From Lingula anatina (lineage: Eukaryota; Animalia; Brachiopoda), in contig CM120644.1 in NCBI GenBank assembly GCA_051362555.1, positions 8,998,954 through 9,062,953 of the forward strand: a stretch of DNA of 64,000 nucleotides. The letters run 5' to 3'. The position numbers and the translations under genes were made by a program. Below, one piece after another: positions 10,805 through 64,000 of this stretch (positions are counted from its first letter, which is position 1; the number at the start of each line of letters is the position of its first letter). Under the pieces are notes generated by a model. That model was not told the DNA's origin. It saw only the letters and a program-made list of their open reading frames with translations, and ran no database searches.

Positions 10805-12934
10805 AATGATCGGTTCTATAGCAGCGTTACAAATACCTTGACATACAATGTTCAGTCCACTCTGTCTATAAAATAAGCAAAGATTTTTATATTACATACT
10901 AGTCAAACTACTTATATATCAGTCATGAGGATTCTCCTCATTAATATTTTATAGTATATTATCCATATTTTCATGTGATATATACGTTTTTCCAGCACAT
11001 TCATCATAAAATCTCAAAGAAAAACTAACTTAAACATGCCTAATTATTTTTTAACTTAAGCATAATAAACTTAGTGTTATTTAGCAAGCAATAAGCTACA
11101 CTATCATATGATCATCTACATATTACATCTTGTACTTTACAAAGTTTACATCTTACAAAAAATCATTGTAGCAAATATACAGGCTGTAGTCTTACTACTA
11201 ATGTTACTATTTATACACATATCTACAGCAAAGCTTATAAAAAACATCACTTCACATCTTCATTTTTTCACATTTTACAAATTCTACGTAGATTGTACCA
11301 TCTTGATTTAGCCTACTAAATTCCAGCAATAAGACACTTTAGTTGAATGTTTAGACTAACTAATTGTCCACCTCAATATGAATATCAGAAATTGTACTAG
11401 CAATGTATAGTCATCTATCACCATTTCAATGCTATTTAAAGGCAGTCTGAGATCAGGAAAGGAAACCTGAAGTATTTTGGTGGTATGTTGAGATGCTATT
11501 TATCTCCGTGCATAATAACAACTTCAATGGCATATATGTCTGTCATGTAGTAAAGCTTTTGCATTAAAAAAAAAAACAAAAAAACATTAAATTGTAGCTT
11601 GTTACCACACACTACATAGACCAACAAGCTTCATGTCTTGCAATGAAGATATCACAAACTAAAACTATCATCAGAACTACTATCATCTCTGTCTTTGTAA
11701 TTCAATTCCATAAGAAACAAAAACTTCAGACAACCATGTACATTTTACAGCGTCTAGCTGAAGGAGGAAATGAACACTAGTTATGTTAGAGTTTATTCTT
11801 TTTATCAATTCTTATAATAATAATATGTGCACAGCTGTCACAACCTAAATATAATAACAACAACACAGGAGTAAGTATGTGAACTGAAGAACTGGTATCT
11901 GAAGGCTTGGAGACCCCTTTTTGTATCTACTGGTACACTTAACTGGACAAGTCTACTATGAAAGGGCCTAAAATGGAATTATACAGTGAAAAAGAGTTAA
12001 AATCTCCTTGGCAAATTCAAATAGCGAATGGATGCCTTACGTGCCACACCAGCACAGAGAGGATGGTGATGTGAGTGTGAGCAAATTCTCATAAAGTTCA
12101 CTTCTTGCTGTTAATTAGTTAATTAACTGGCTGTGCCAAGGGCAGGGTGGGGTGGGGAAACTGAGTTTATTTAACAGCCAGGTTATTAATTTGTCTATCT
12201 CTCAAAGTAGTCCAGTCCAGTATAGTATTCTGCTTAATGTGAAATGAGGCTAAAAGGCAGTGGTGTAACTACAGCTCATATGTGAAGATCTTGAGAAAAA
12301 ATGCGATCCCACATTATAATGTATATCAAACTAAAGATGAACAATTCTACCTTAGTGGAGAATATAAATGTCAATGATATTCATGATGAAAACAATGAAA
12401 CATTTTCTCCTCATTTGGAATATAAACAAAAATGTAAAATTGGATTTCTCGTCTGATTTGAAATACCTCTAATTTTACATTTATAATGGAGGCACTCATA
12501 TTTCATTCTCATTTATATCAATTTTAATAATTTATCAGACACACAGTGAGCTATTGTTATTAATTAATTAATTAATGAGAATGACACCATATCACACTCA
12601 AAATGACTATTATGACATAAATGATTCATGTTTAAATCTTACATCCTAAATTTCATCTTCAACTCCTTTTAAATTTTCACGTAATTCCACATATTTGGCA
12701 ACATGCAGTCAGTCGATTCTGTCTAAGACAGAAAACATTTCACTTTCAACAATCCTCACTTACAATCTTCATAGCTTAACATCTTAAAGAGCTCTCCTCT
12801 AGACAGCTCCATCTAGGGAGCAATATTTGGCCAAGACATCCAACATCCATCTTTTTATTTGTTTTCACATTTCAGCCTTCCTCAATATCCATTGTGAGTT
12901 AAGTATATCCATTCAGGTGTTGTTGTCTCTCAGG

Positions 12935-52591
<39,657 letters not shown>

Positions 52592-52965
52592 AGTCGGTGC
52601 TTGTAATCTCGTTAAAGGTGTGCGCGAGATCGTACGTGATTTTTCGCTGCGGAGTGATATAAGATAAAAGCACAGCGAACAACAGAAAAATTGTTCTAAC
52701 ATATTTGAGGTGTGTAATCATGTTTAAATATTTCTCATCGAAGTATCAACTCTTTTAATAAAAACATATACACTATAATTTATTTGTAAGGGTATCTCTA
52801 ATTTTAGCTATTTTTCTTATGCGCAAGAACCTATTAAAGGTGTTCCAAGGCACTTCCGTAATAGCAGCTTTCTACAGAAGGCGCACCTTTGGTTGTTTAA
52901 TCACTCAGCTATGCGATAATTTTCAGTAAGATAAATCACCAACAGACTCACTTGACTTCTCCAGG
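52592..52965. promoter_or_regulatory. Bidirectional promoter region, integrin alpha / BLOC1S1
   Basis: Divergent ATGs only 375 bp apart; locally CpG-richer than the flanking introns. Confidence 0.7.
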
Positions 52966-55900
52966 ATGCTCTCAAGTCTGCTGAGAGAGCACCAAGCTCG
53001 GCAACAAGCCAGAAAAGAAGAACAAGGTGAGTGAATCAGACGGCTAGAGTGACCCGAGTTTCGACCTTGGGCTTGGAGCTCAGTGCAATCACTGAATATT
53101 TTAGGGGTTTCTTATCCTACATCTTGAGTTTAATTATATCACCTTATCCCTATTTATACTTGACCACATGCTGCAGATATAAGAACAAGTTCAACTGAAC
53201 TGTACGGGTAAAATAAAATGGTTGCTTTATCTAGTTTTGCTTGTTTGTTATCATATGTATTCATATGTTTTGAAAGTAGAATGGCTATCTTCATAGCTTG
53301 GAGGGGTGTATGACCTAATCTGAATCTTCCATTGCTTATATACATTACTTATACCTTGTTTTATCATTATATACATGATTTTGCAGAAAAGAAGAGAAAA
53401 GAAGCCTATGAATCTGCGACTGCCTTCACACATGCACTTGTTGACCATTTAAATGCTGGGTAAGAGAAGGTTAATGATGGATCAGATATGTTTATGTGAA
53501 TACTGTCACTATTGCAACAATATAATAAACCAATTTTGGTTAGGTCATGGGTGAAAATATTCAGGATTTTTCCTGATTTTAGGATTTTGAGTCTTCACTT
53601 TGATCATTTTTTCAAATGGTCTAAATATATATATATGATGAGAAATTGCAAGTTACGTTTTCAGGATTTTAAACTGATTTAATTATTCACCTATGGGTTA
53701 GTCATACTAAATATGGGAAACAGCATATTTTGTTAAAACCAATGCTACAGTATAATGCCTTGTCAACGATAATGGTATATCTTTTGACTTTTGATACTTG
53801 GAATTTGTTAAAAGTCATCATGAAAACAATAATAGCCATGATCAATGCAGTTGAAAGTACTTTGCATATTTGAAAACTACATAGATATTTACCTTTCATC
53901 CCTAGGGTTGCCCAGGCGTACGTAAACCAAAAGAAACTAGACACAGAAACCAAGATACTGCAGATTAATGCAGGGCAATTTGCCAAGCAGACCATGCAGT
54001 GGTTAAAACTGGTTGAGGATTTTAATACAGCACTCAAGGTTAGAGGACCATGACATATTGCCACAGATTGACAAGGGTGTCTTGTTGGAAGTCTTTGCTG
54101 CGCATTGTGTTAGCTGTGATAGGTCACAACAAACACAATTAATCTATGCTTGTTTCATTTATATCCAATTACAATGTGGGAGCAAAAAAGGAAATTAAGA
54201 TCCTATGTTTTTTTTTTTTTTTTTCAATTGGCGTCCATCTATTTAACAGCATGTGAAATATTTGTGTTAGTTAGGTTTTATACAGTTGAATATCAAAAAC
54301 AGTGGTTAAAAATGCCGTCAGATAAGTTGAAATTTCTGTAATGGTTGGATTAAAAAAACCTGTTCTAAAATACATAGTTATTTCAAGCAATATAAATGCA
54401 TGAAGTTAAAAACTTTAACATGTCTAACCTTTTGTTTTTGATTTTGTTAGCATTATTATTATTATCATTTTTTTGTTATTATTTAAACTAGGAAATTGGA
54501 GATGTTGAGAACTGGGCACGTAGCATAGAGACTGACATGAGAACAGTATCAAGTGCCCTGGAGTATGCCTATAAAGGTGAGTTCTGATGTGTAAAAACTT
54601 CATAAAGTCAGTGTACATTTGTATCAGTGTATGTTGCAGGATTTTCAGTAGGTTTTTAACCTTGGGATCAGAAAGGTTCAAAATGTGTTTAAAAAGGGTA
54701 ATCTTTGTGTCACTACCTCACTGAAAATCTGTTGAAGAGCCTGTCAAGTTGCACTTCATATTGTTGTGTTGTATGGCTATGGTATATAATATGTGTTCAG
54801 TGTCCTTTTATTTTGTGTATAAATGGAGAGAAATAATATCCACCTTAACATTTATGTGATACAAATGTTTGTCAGGAAATGTTAACATGTGTTTTGTGTT
54901 GAACTTGAATGTGGATGCATTTTAAAGGCATACAATGTGTGTTAGACCCTTTATTATGGCAAAAAGTGAATTTTCCCTTATTAACCAAGATATACCATAT
55001 GTTGAGAAAATTGTGATATATGTGAAAACACATTAAGAGTTTGTAGTTTCTAATTTTTACCCTGAAGAGTGCAATTCACCAGTCCCAATATATAGTAGAG
55101 ATTGATTAAAACGAGAAATTTTAAACTAAAACCAGGATTTATAGATGGTAATATTGGTTTACTTGGTATTAAAGGGACGTGTTCAAAAAAAAAAAAAATC
55201 TGGCTTTTTTGTTATGCAAAAACTCTAACACTTATTGTATATCTTCATTAAGTGCTTTTTGCATGCTTGAAGTTGATACATTTAATATTGCTACTTAATT
55301 GAACACATTTTATATAAACATATCAAGATTCACATTGTTGTAACACCTAATCTTTTGCATAATCTTTCACTGTTGGCCTTGTATTGAATTAGCATAACAC
55401 CAGTATAATATTTTGTGAAAAAAGACATTTCTTTAAACACACATTTAAATGTGCAGTTGTATCTCACAGCTTTGTTAAATGTAACACTTGTGCTACCATG
55501 AGTATATATTAACTTTGTGCTTGTAGCTGAGTTTCCTGGTAAAATGTCATTGTGAGTACTGTAGCCCTAGCAAATACAACTAAGGTATTTTGTATGAATT
55601 AGAGTAGTTGTTTGGTGCATGCATTTTTGTGTGTTTTTATTATTTTTCTCTTTCTCTTTTTCTTCAATTGTAGCTGAAAAGCAGCAGTAAGTTGCATATA
55701 TTCTTTTTTGTTTGAATAAAAAGCATATTCCTCAAGTGGTTGCTAATTATCAGAAATGTACTTGTTTACAAAATGCTATAACTCAATTAATAATCGAAGA
55801 ATAAAACTGAAGTAACACAATCCTCCTTTTGGATAATGTATGTCATATAGTAAATTATGTTTTGACACATGCCATGATATTATTTGTTGTAGGACCATGA

Positions 55901-56739
55901 TTGACTGTGTGCATGAATTGTTGACTAGCTTATAATATGTGCTATTTCTTGATAAATAATTGCTGCTTCTTAAATCCCCTTTACACTGGACGGCGTCCTT
56001 TCTATGTCCATTGTGATGTAGATGAAACTGGCATCGCTGTGGTCGTAAAAAGGAGGCACAAGCATTGCATGTAAATTATTATTATTTTTTTACTCTCAAA
56101 CGGGAACGCACTACAGGAAGCAGAAAGGACGCCGTCCAGTGTAGAGGGGGCTTTTAATGCATAAAAATTTCAGGATAAAAATGCCCTCTTTTTATCTACT
56201 TGCTTTTTAGACATGTAAGCATGTTGTGTTGTTTTGCCTTCATATTCCTAAATTCTAATTAAGCTTAATTAAGCTTAATCAAATTTAATTTTCAAAATTA
56301 ACAAATTGAATAAAAATTAATAATGCCTAATTTGCAAATAAGTGCCATAACTTAAAGTAATATTTCATAAATATTTAGCCCCAAAATGATTTTAATGTGA
56401 TTGCTGTAGTTTTCCATAATCAAAGAATGTATGATGTTGTATATATATATACTGACCAGGTTGCCTTGAAAACAAAATCAGATCTATTCTTCTGTAAAAA
56501 GTGTATGAATGGGGCTATCACTATAGAAACTGTGTTAATTTTAATATTAAAACAATTGTCGTATAATTTTATTATAAAAAATCTATGTGTTGTAAATTAA
56601 TTTTTTTTATGGAAGAAAATTTTATGGAGAAATTTTATGATGAAAATACGCACAAAAGAGTAAATGTTGTTTGAAATATGAAATAGAATCGCTATATTTA
56701 TCTTAATTTTGATTTATTTCAGGAGAGAGTGACAGATAG
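52966..56739 (+). CDS. BLOC1S1: Biogenesis of lysosome-related organelles complex 1 subunit 1 (GCN5L1)
   Basis: Exons 52966-53026, 53387-53459, 53906-54038, 54492-54576 give MLSSLLREHQARQ...LVDHLNAGVAQAYVNQKKLD...FNTALKEIGDVENWARSIETDMRTVSSALEYAYK. Terminal exon is ambiguous: 56723-56739 (GESDR*) or 55674-55690 (AEKQQ*). Confidence 0.93.
53546..53695. mobile_element. Small hAT-like MITE in BLOC1S1 intron 2
   Basis: CATGGGTGAAAAT ... ATTATTCACCTATG termini with imperfect 8-bp flanks ggttaggt / ggttagtc. Confidence 0.45.
55976..56151. mobile_element. MITE family C
   Basis: TIRs CCCCTTTACACTGGACGGCGTCCTTTCT / AGAAAGGACGCCGTCCAGTGTAGAGGGG; homologous to 9042-9216. Confidence 0.8.
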
Positions 56740-57626
56740 ACAGGATGAGTGAAAAGTTGGGTGTGAAAGCAGTGTGCATTTCAAGTTGAATGGACTGATA
56801 CACCTTCCTTTGAATCAATACAAGGGGATTAAAGTGCAATTTTAAAGGTCAAGGAAAAAGAACATTTGTAGACTCGTTTTCTGTATGTTATATATTCAGA
56901 AAGAATATTGGTGAAAAAAGCAAAATGCTTCATAATCATTGTTAAATTGTAATTTATCAAATTTCATAGTTCGTTAAATCTTGGTTAAAATTATGTTTAT
57001 TCATGTTATCTGTTAGCTATAATGTAAATAAATGTACAATTGTCAGGTTTAGGATTTAAAAAATACCAAAGTAAATTATGAATATTTTTTCAAGATTTTG
57101 AATAATTTAAAATGTTATTTTTTATGAAGGAGGAGGGGCAGTTAAAACTATTGAAAAATGCTATCTACTAGCTGTCTGTTACCTAATTTACAGTTGTAGG
57201 ATTATCTTACAATTTCTTCTTTTTTTTTTTTTGTATTTTTCACAAAAGAAAATGAGAAAAAACTTGTAAAAACATGATTTTATTTATAAATAAAAGTAAA
57301 AATGTGAAGCATTTGTACACCTTATACATCAATAGCAGTAAAAACAATTATTTTTATTATTTATTCCACTTATTCCATAAATACTTTTGACTTTATTCTT
57401 GCTGCAAAATTCCTCTTCCAGATGCATGTTAAGATCTACTTATGATACTTAACAGTAATTTCTACCTAATATCAGACATCTTATCTTGCCTGGAACAATA
57501 AGCACCTCCTCTTAAGTATCCATCTTATACCTCTACAATCCACTGGCATTCTCACACCTAGTTATCTTTCAAATTGAATCTCAAGATTTCTTCCACATAA
57601 AATCCATTACTCGAGGTCATTTTTCC

Positions 57627-59508
57627 TCATGAAGACAGATCCAACTCCAGCTCTTCAATTTCAGTCAGAATTTGTTGTTTTCTAGAAATCTTTTCCAGTT
57701 GGTCCTTGTCTGGTTCCTTCAGATCCCCTGAGTCTATCCTTGCCTGCAGGTCCTCTATCTGCTTGATCTTTTTCTTTAGAGTTTTTATTCTCTTGGCCGG
57801 ATCAACTTTGACTTCTGGTTTGGCATCTTTCTCTTTATCGTTTAACTTTGTTTCTTGTAAAGAGCTTGATAATGATGTCACGTCTCCAGCTTCCTGCTTC
57901 TTCTTTTCTTTTCTCTTTGCATTTTTCTTGGCTGATTTTGACAAACCTATGAGCAGATAAATACTGATCACTAAATGTCACTTTTGTTATTACACAATCC
58001 ACATACTGATATCTACATTATAACCATGCACAATTTTAAAATACAGAAAAAACTTGGTCACAATTTGATTGCATTTAGAACACATGAAAATATTAATTCA
58101 GTTCTATTTCACTGTTTGTGAACAATGAATACAGAATGTCAATATCTAATTATTGCCATTTTTGGAAAGGGGGGGTGGCAAATGAAAAATAATACATCAT
58201 TTGATACATAAAATTTAATTAAGTAATTAGATAGTAAATTGGGTGACTCTGACAATATTTTGATCTGCATGTCAGATTTTAAACAAGGGATACAGTCACG
58301 TCACTGTTTACATGGATGAATGTAGTAATTTGACTGCAAATTGGGCAACAGAGACAATATTTTTTAATTATGATCACAGCTTACCTGGTATGCCTGCTGA
58401 CCCAGGGTTGTTGTGCTTGCTGTCAGGTTCTACAAACAGACCAGGGGGTAGGGTGGGCTTGTTCTTCACAAACTGGGTGCCTTTGCTCTCGTACCTGAAT
58501 GAAAAATGACAGGAATTCCGTTTTGCAGCTTACAATCTTGTTTCAAGTTGAATGTAGTAATGTCCTTGTGATTTTTACATAGCTTTGTAAAAATTTAAAG
58601 ACTTTATTTGACTGCAGGTTTTCTCTAAATATTTCCCTTCAATTAATGATAGATGTGTCTCCTGAGTATGCAAACACACCTACTAGATCAGACATGCCAC
58701 AAGATACACAATGCCGCGTGTTACACATAACCTGAAACCTTTCAATTTGTGCATAAAAAATGTAGTAGTGCATGTCAAAATACTAACAAGGATTTACTTT
58801 AAAAAATAAATAATACTCAAAGCATTTATAACTATTTAGTCAACTTCTCACTCTTGGTTAATTTTTAATAATAATAATATTTTGACTACAAGCCCAAAAC
58901 CAACATTAAGTAAAGAAGGACTAGTGGTTTAGTTTAGGCACTTACACCGGCACTTCCTCCTGGGGGACGTAGCCATCTTTCACTCTGCGTGCTTTCCTCC
59001 AGGTCCCATCAGGCCGCCTGGAGGCTGGGATAAACATATTACCTAAAAACAGAATAGAAATGTACTGAGACAGCGCGGCTCTTCAGTTCATTTTAACGAC
59101 TTACTGGAATTACTATCATGGAACTTCCTTCCACCAAGTAACTCACAAATGATAACAATACACACAATACACTTCTTACAGTCAAATTGATTCACCAAAT
59201 TTCAAGACCCCTGGCCACCTCCCACACACAAACACACACCCATCTCTTCTCTCGCCCAATTTATTACTACATGCATGCACAAACACTACTAGATTTACTA
59301 GATTTACAGATTTCGTACAGTAAACCTGCACTGCCCTTTGTAGGTGTTGATGCAAAAAGCAGAATTTGGGGTGTTTCAGAAACAGCCTGAAAACAAATGA
59401 GTATCTCTGGACAATCGTTACACATAACCAACTTGATATAATGTTTTCAAACTCACCTTCCTCATCACGAACTACACCATCCCTCTCCAATGCGCCGGCC
59501 ATGGCCAT
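57627..59508 (-). CDS. PYM1: Partner of Y14 and mago (WIBG), exon-junction-complex disassembly factor
   Basis: Exons 59457-59508 (start at 59508 or 59502), 58946-59042, 58385-58494, 57627-57946; phases consistent. Signature [52 protein letters not shown] and C-terminal [11 protein letters not shown]...QLEKISRK. Confidence 0.95.
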
Positions 59509-60189
59509 CGATGTTGGTCTCAAAACGAGGCCTACAATCTCAATCTCATTTAACATTTCTACTTTTCTTTGTACAAGCGTTCTGCAGAGCACCCCACAAT
59601 TAGAAAACTTTATCTACAATTTAAAAGATACATTCAAAACTATATAAAATATGGATATTATTTGTGAATGTTGTTTGCTAAACAATTTGGAGACTAGCTA
59701 TAACCTTCACCTTGTGGACTTCATAACAAACAGTGAAATGAGACTGAATCGGTATGTATGGCCCGAGTTTGTTTAATTTTATGGATTGTCAGTGAATAAT
59801 ACCACATTTTAACAATGACAATAAATATTGATTTTACAATATAGTCGATTTAATGAATTGTCAGTAAGAATCAATTTTAGTGTCACAAAATAAGATTTCT
59901 TTATAGAAGTCTGCGTCTGTGACTAAAAATTAGAATGTTTCTGAGCCCACTTACGTAATGGATGTATATATTGCACATGTCATGGCCATTTACTTGACCG
60001 TTATGAATTGCTAAGTTTTATCACAAAAGGAGTATTAATCCAACCATTTGCCACACACTGAAATGTCTTCTTAAAATGATAGAAAAAAAGGGTGTTACGT
60101 TAAACTTGTAGGGGAAACAACTGAGCCAGGCCCAGGGAAATGTGACTTAAATAGTATTAGCATTCTGATGCTGTTACTAGTAAGTGGAC

Positions 60190-61351
60190 ATGAAGATGTT
60201 GGCAGCAGTGCTCCAAAGGCAGTTGTTTTCCCTCTCAGAACGAATGCCATGTCTTCACAGAGTGACTGTCAGTTTACACACCACCTCTAGTTTGTATGGG
60301 TATGACATCAGCAAAAATCTAAGTAAGTAGCTTTTTAAAATCATTAATCTGCTTATACATTCAGTAAATAAGTTACTTAATTAATGAAAAATATTATATA
60401 AAAATATATTGTTATTTTGCAAATGTAGCGCCAGTTTAATAATTTATTGTATATAATGTACAGATTTCGTAATGCAACAGTTTTCTGCCTAAGCTTAAAT
60501 GGTTAAGAATATGGTAACTGAAGTAATTTCATTTTTGTAAAATTACTATTAAATGTTCTGTGCAGTAAGTGCATGCTTTGAAAAAAATTACTGACTGAAA
60601 CAAATTAAAATATATCCTTGTTGATTTCATTAAGTATCACATTCACATGATTTTCCAGCTGAATGTTTCTCCCTGCTCAATGTTCCCCCTTCCTGCACTG
60701 AGGATGAACTGAAGGTGGCGTACCTGGATGCTGCCAAGAAGTACCACCCAGATAGTAACTCCAGATATGCAGATGCCAACAAGTTTAATCAAGTGGAATC
60801 TGCCTACAGAGCAGTGCTGGTAGGGCTCTTGTTTGGAATTATGAAACTTAAGAGTTTATTTAGTTTTGTGTAGTCTGTCAAATCCAACTTAAATAATGTT
60901 CAGAAAAGTTAAAAGATGCTAAACACCACCCACATGGACATTTTGTTATGTGTGTGACTTGAAATAAGTTCTTGATAATTTTTTTTTTTTTATTTTATCA
61001 CTCTCAATTTCGATATGTAATGTTTCAGTTGTGCTGTCATTGATGCATACTCAGTACTTTTTTTCTAGAAAAAGGTTCAAGAAAATGCTCGCAGGGCAGA
61101 AGCCCTCAAACAGGGGGTGAAACCAGAGGAGGAAGAGGAAGATAAATTTGGGATCAAGCACACGGCACCACAGCACAGGCAGTATTTGGAGTATGAGGTA
61201 TGGTTTGATATGTACGGTACTGTCTGTTATTATTGGAACTTCAGTGGACAGATTTTATACATGCCAACAGTCTTAAGTGTATCTACACTTTGATTAATAA
61301 CTTAAATTTAATGTTATAAAATAGAAGATATCTGAATTAATTTTATTTCTG

Positions 61352-61382
<31 letters not shown>

Positions 61383-63540
61383 ATGCATACACTTATACAC
61401 ACAAAATAACGTGCAAAGCACCCCCCCCCCACACACACACACACATACCAGTACGTTGTAAATGTCTTTCCCCCCATATCCTAGTACTATGGACAGAATA
61501 ATAATTATAGGGGCTTTGTGGGGGCTCTGGTTAGCTGACTCTTTTACTTTGTCAGTCTCTTATGTTGGTGCTGTACACATATTGAGATACATTTTGTAAC
61601 TCTACTACATGATTTAAAAAGGGCTCTTGTAACATGTTAATATCCTGGTATACTCTTAGGGTGTTGGTCGAGGGACCCCCAGTCAGCGCATGCGGCAGTA
61701 TCAGCAATACAAGGTCCACAGGGCGGCTGAGAACGTTACACAACACAGGATTGAGAGAATGGCCGCACAGACTGAAAATGCACTGGTTTTGAAGGACAAG
61801 CGCAAAGCCAGGATTCACAAGATGACGTGTGTACTTTAAGTAATAGATTGAGAGATTTTGGATGTAATAGACAATAATGATTAAAATTATTTAAAGGGTG
61901 ATTAAGATATGATATGGTTTCAAGTAATGGAATGGGATTGTTTTGATGTATAAGTTAGAAACACAGATATTTGGTAAGTTTTTTTTAGTAATAAAACACT
62001 TTTCCCACAAACTTAATATACGGGGTACAGTGGGTTATTTGTGAACATACTTGATAGCATTCTTAGAAGTGGTCGTGCTGCTCATGCAACAGACTACATG
62101 TATGTTTGTCATGGTTGAATTTGTACAGGCAGTTTTACTGGCAGATTTGCTAAAGGGTGTGGGAAGGGCAAAATATTTTTCACTATAATTTGTAGGATAC
62201 AAGGGTGTGAAAATTGCCTGTTTTTGTCTCGTTTTGCACCCACATGCATCCCATGAAACTGCCTATGAGCTTGAAATTTTTTTCTGTCTAGTTCAACCAT
62301 ACTAATTTACTAAGAATAACTTCAAATAAAAATTCACAGCAATGCCCTGGACCGCCTTGTGGAGGACATGATCCTGGACTCCATGAACAAGGGAGAGTTT
62401 GACAACCTCCCTGGTAAAGGCAAGCCTCTGGAGAACAACTACAAAGATAACCCGTATGTGGACACCACCACACACAATGTAAACAAGATAATGATACAGA
62501 ACGGCTTTGTGCCTGATTGGGTCATGGTGGAGAAAGACATAAGGTGAGGGGGTAACGATTAGTCAGTCTCTCTCTCTCTCTCTCATCAATATTCTAAAAT
62601 TATATTTTGTATTTTATGCTATTTAAGAATTTCCATTGCACATATTATTGCCGAGTCTCATTGGTGAGGTGGTTTTGAATCGGTCTCTCTCTCTCTCTCT
62701 CTCTCTGGAGTTTATTCTCTTAAGTATGCTGTATTTAATGGAATCTAAAAAATTGAGATACATCTTGCAGAACCCTGTTTCTCTCATTTGCACAATAATT
62801 TTTCATTTGGAGTGCAGCATAATAAAATGAGCAGTAACAGCTATAATCTGTTAATTATGTGATTGAGGTCTACAGGTTATCAGTTACGATTTACTGTTTA
62901 CTTATTGGCAAAAGGAAATTATTGGTGGATAAAAAAAATTGTAGTTTTGAAATATGATGTTTCAAATAAATTTTATTTAAATAAAATAAACTTTATTTAT
63001 GAAATGTTGTTTCTTTGCAGAATTGGTTACAAAGATGCCAAAACCAAGCTGGAGGCTAACCGCCGTAAACTTGGAGCATCCCCTATCCCTAAGAGTGCTG
63101 AACTCTGGTGGGATAGATATAAGGCGGAGTTCAGGGAAGGTGTTACCTTGGTAAATAAAATGATTGACAAGTATAATTTAACAGTGCCACATTTTACTAT
63201 GCAAATGGCTCATTTTAACATAGAAAGGACTATTGACAGAATTGATAGAGATATCGGGGAAGAGTTCAGGAAGATACAAGAAGAAGAAGAAAGAGAGAGG
63301 CAGGAAAAGATAAAAGAAAAGCTAACTGAATTTGCCTCTAAATATGCTCCAGGGGAAGAAATTGAACATGTTGAAATTGAAACTGAAAATGTCAGTGATA
63401 CAAAAACTGCTACAAACGATGAAGAAGTGACAGTAAATGGTGACAGTGCTAATGTCAAAAGCCAAGGCAGTGTGAAATTATTGAAACCAAAAAGAAAAAG
63501 ACTGAAGGATATGATTGCTAATGCCCGATTTGGATTCTAG
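60190..63540 (+). CDS. DNAJC28: DnaJ homolog subfamily C member 28 (J-domain plus DUF1992-type region)
   Basis: Exons 60190-60322, 60659-60819, 61069-61197, 61660-61826, 62340-62543, 63021-63540; phases consistent. Presequence-like N-terminus, J-domain KYHPD, motifs IKHTAPQHRQYL, GTPSQR and RLVEDMILDSMNKGEFDNLPGKGKPL. Confidence 0.92.
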
Positions 63541-64000
63541 TCTAGTCATTATGGATAAAAGCTAAATAATAACATCAAATTAGATAAGGGAATTGAAACG
63601 GTTGTCAAAAATTATTTTTGTGCATTGATCTGTAAAATAAAATGCATGGGGGATACAATATTACTACAGATATTACATCTTCATAAAGTATTTGCCTGCT
63701 ATTTGGCATTATTTTTTATTTTTATTTTTAATGGAATGCAAGAATTTATATATGTAAAGTCATGTGGATACTTTATCAATATGGGTATAGCTCATTCCAA
63801 AATTTTGATAACTGAGCAGAAAAAGAAACGTTGCATTACTTTATGTCGAAGTATTAGTCGAAGTGTATAATTTTAAATATCCTCACATAGTTCAACACTG
63901 TTTGGGGCTGCTAAAATTTTTTATCAAAAAATTAAAACATATGTTACTTTTGACCTGTACTTTACTTACGTGTATAATAATTTAAGTAAAAAAGTTGTGC

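Noticed and set aside
52592-52721. In-frame 37-aa extension and overlapping upstream ORF before the integrin ATG
   Set aside because: The signal peptide starts at 52591 and the transcription start is unknown, so uORF regulation cannot be supported.

Overview
AT-rich, intron-containing animal genomic DNA; the repeat types suggest a lophotrochozoan, probably a mollusc (inference). Left to right: (1) a small orphan single-pass membrane protein gene (+, 100-854); (2) a secreted 467-aa precursor (-, 3618-5021) with a signal peptide and 14 near-identical 23-aa repeats (EAEEDEGSESER[T/S]PPKSGS-[R/K]KKR) separated by convertase sites, which I cannot assign to any peptide family and which is the most novel-looking feature; (3) a 25-exon laminin-receptor-class (PS1, ITGA3/6/7-like) integrin alpha gene (-, 12935-52591) with a 24.9-kb first intron, an apparent 1-bp frameshift in exon 3 and two candidate alternative exons; (4) BLOC1S1 (+), head-to-head with the integrin like human ITGA7/BLOC1S1; (5) PYM1 (-); (6) DNAJC28 (+), head-to-head with PYM1. 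Non-coding DNA holds a complete Helentron-type non-autonomous element (HINE) with a 146-bp satellite array, several Harbinger/Tourist-like MITE families, a short retro-insertion with a 14-bp target-site duplication, and microsatellites. Gene models were assembled by hand from splice sites and reading phase; no database searches were run.
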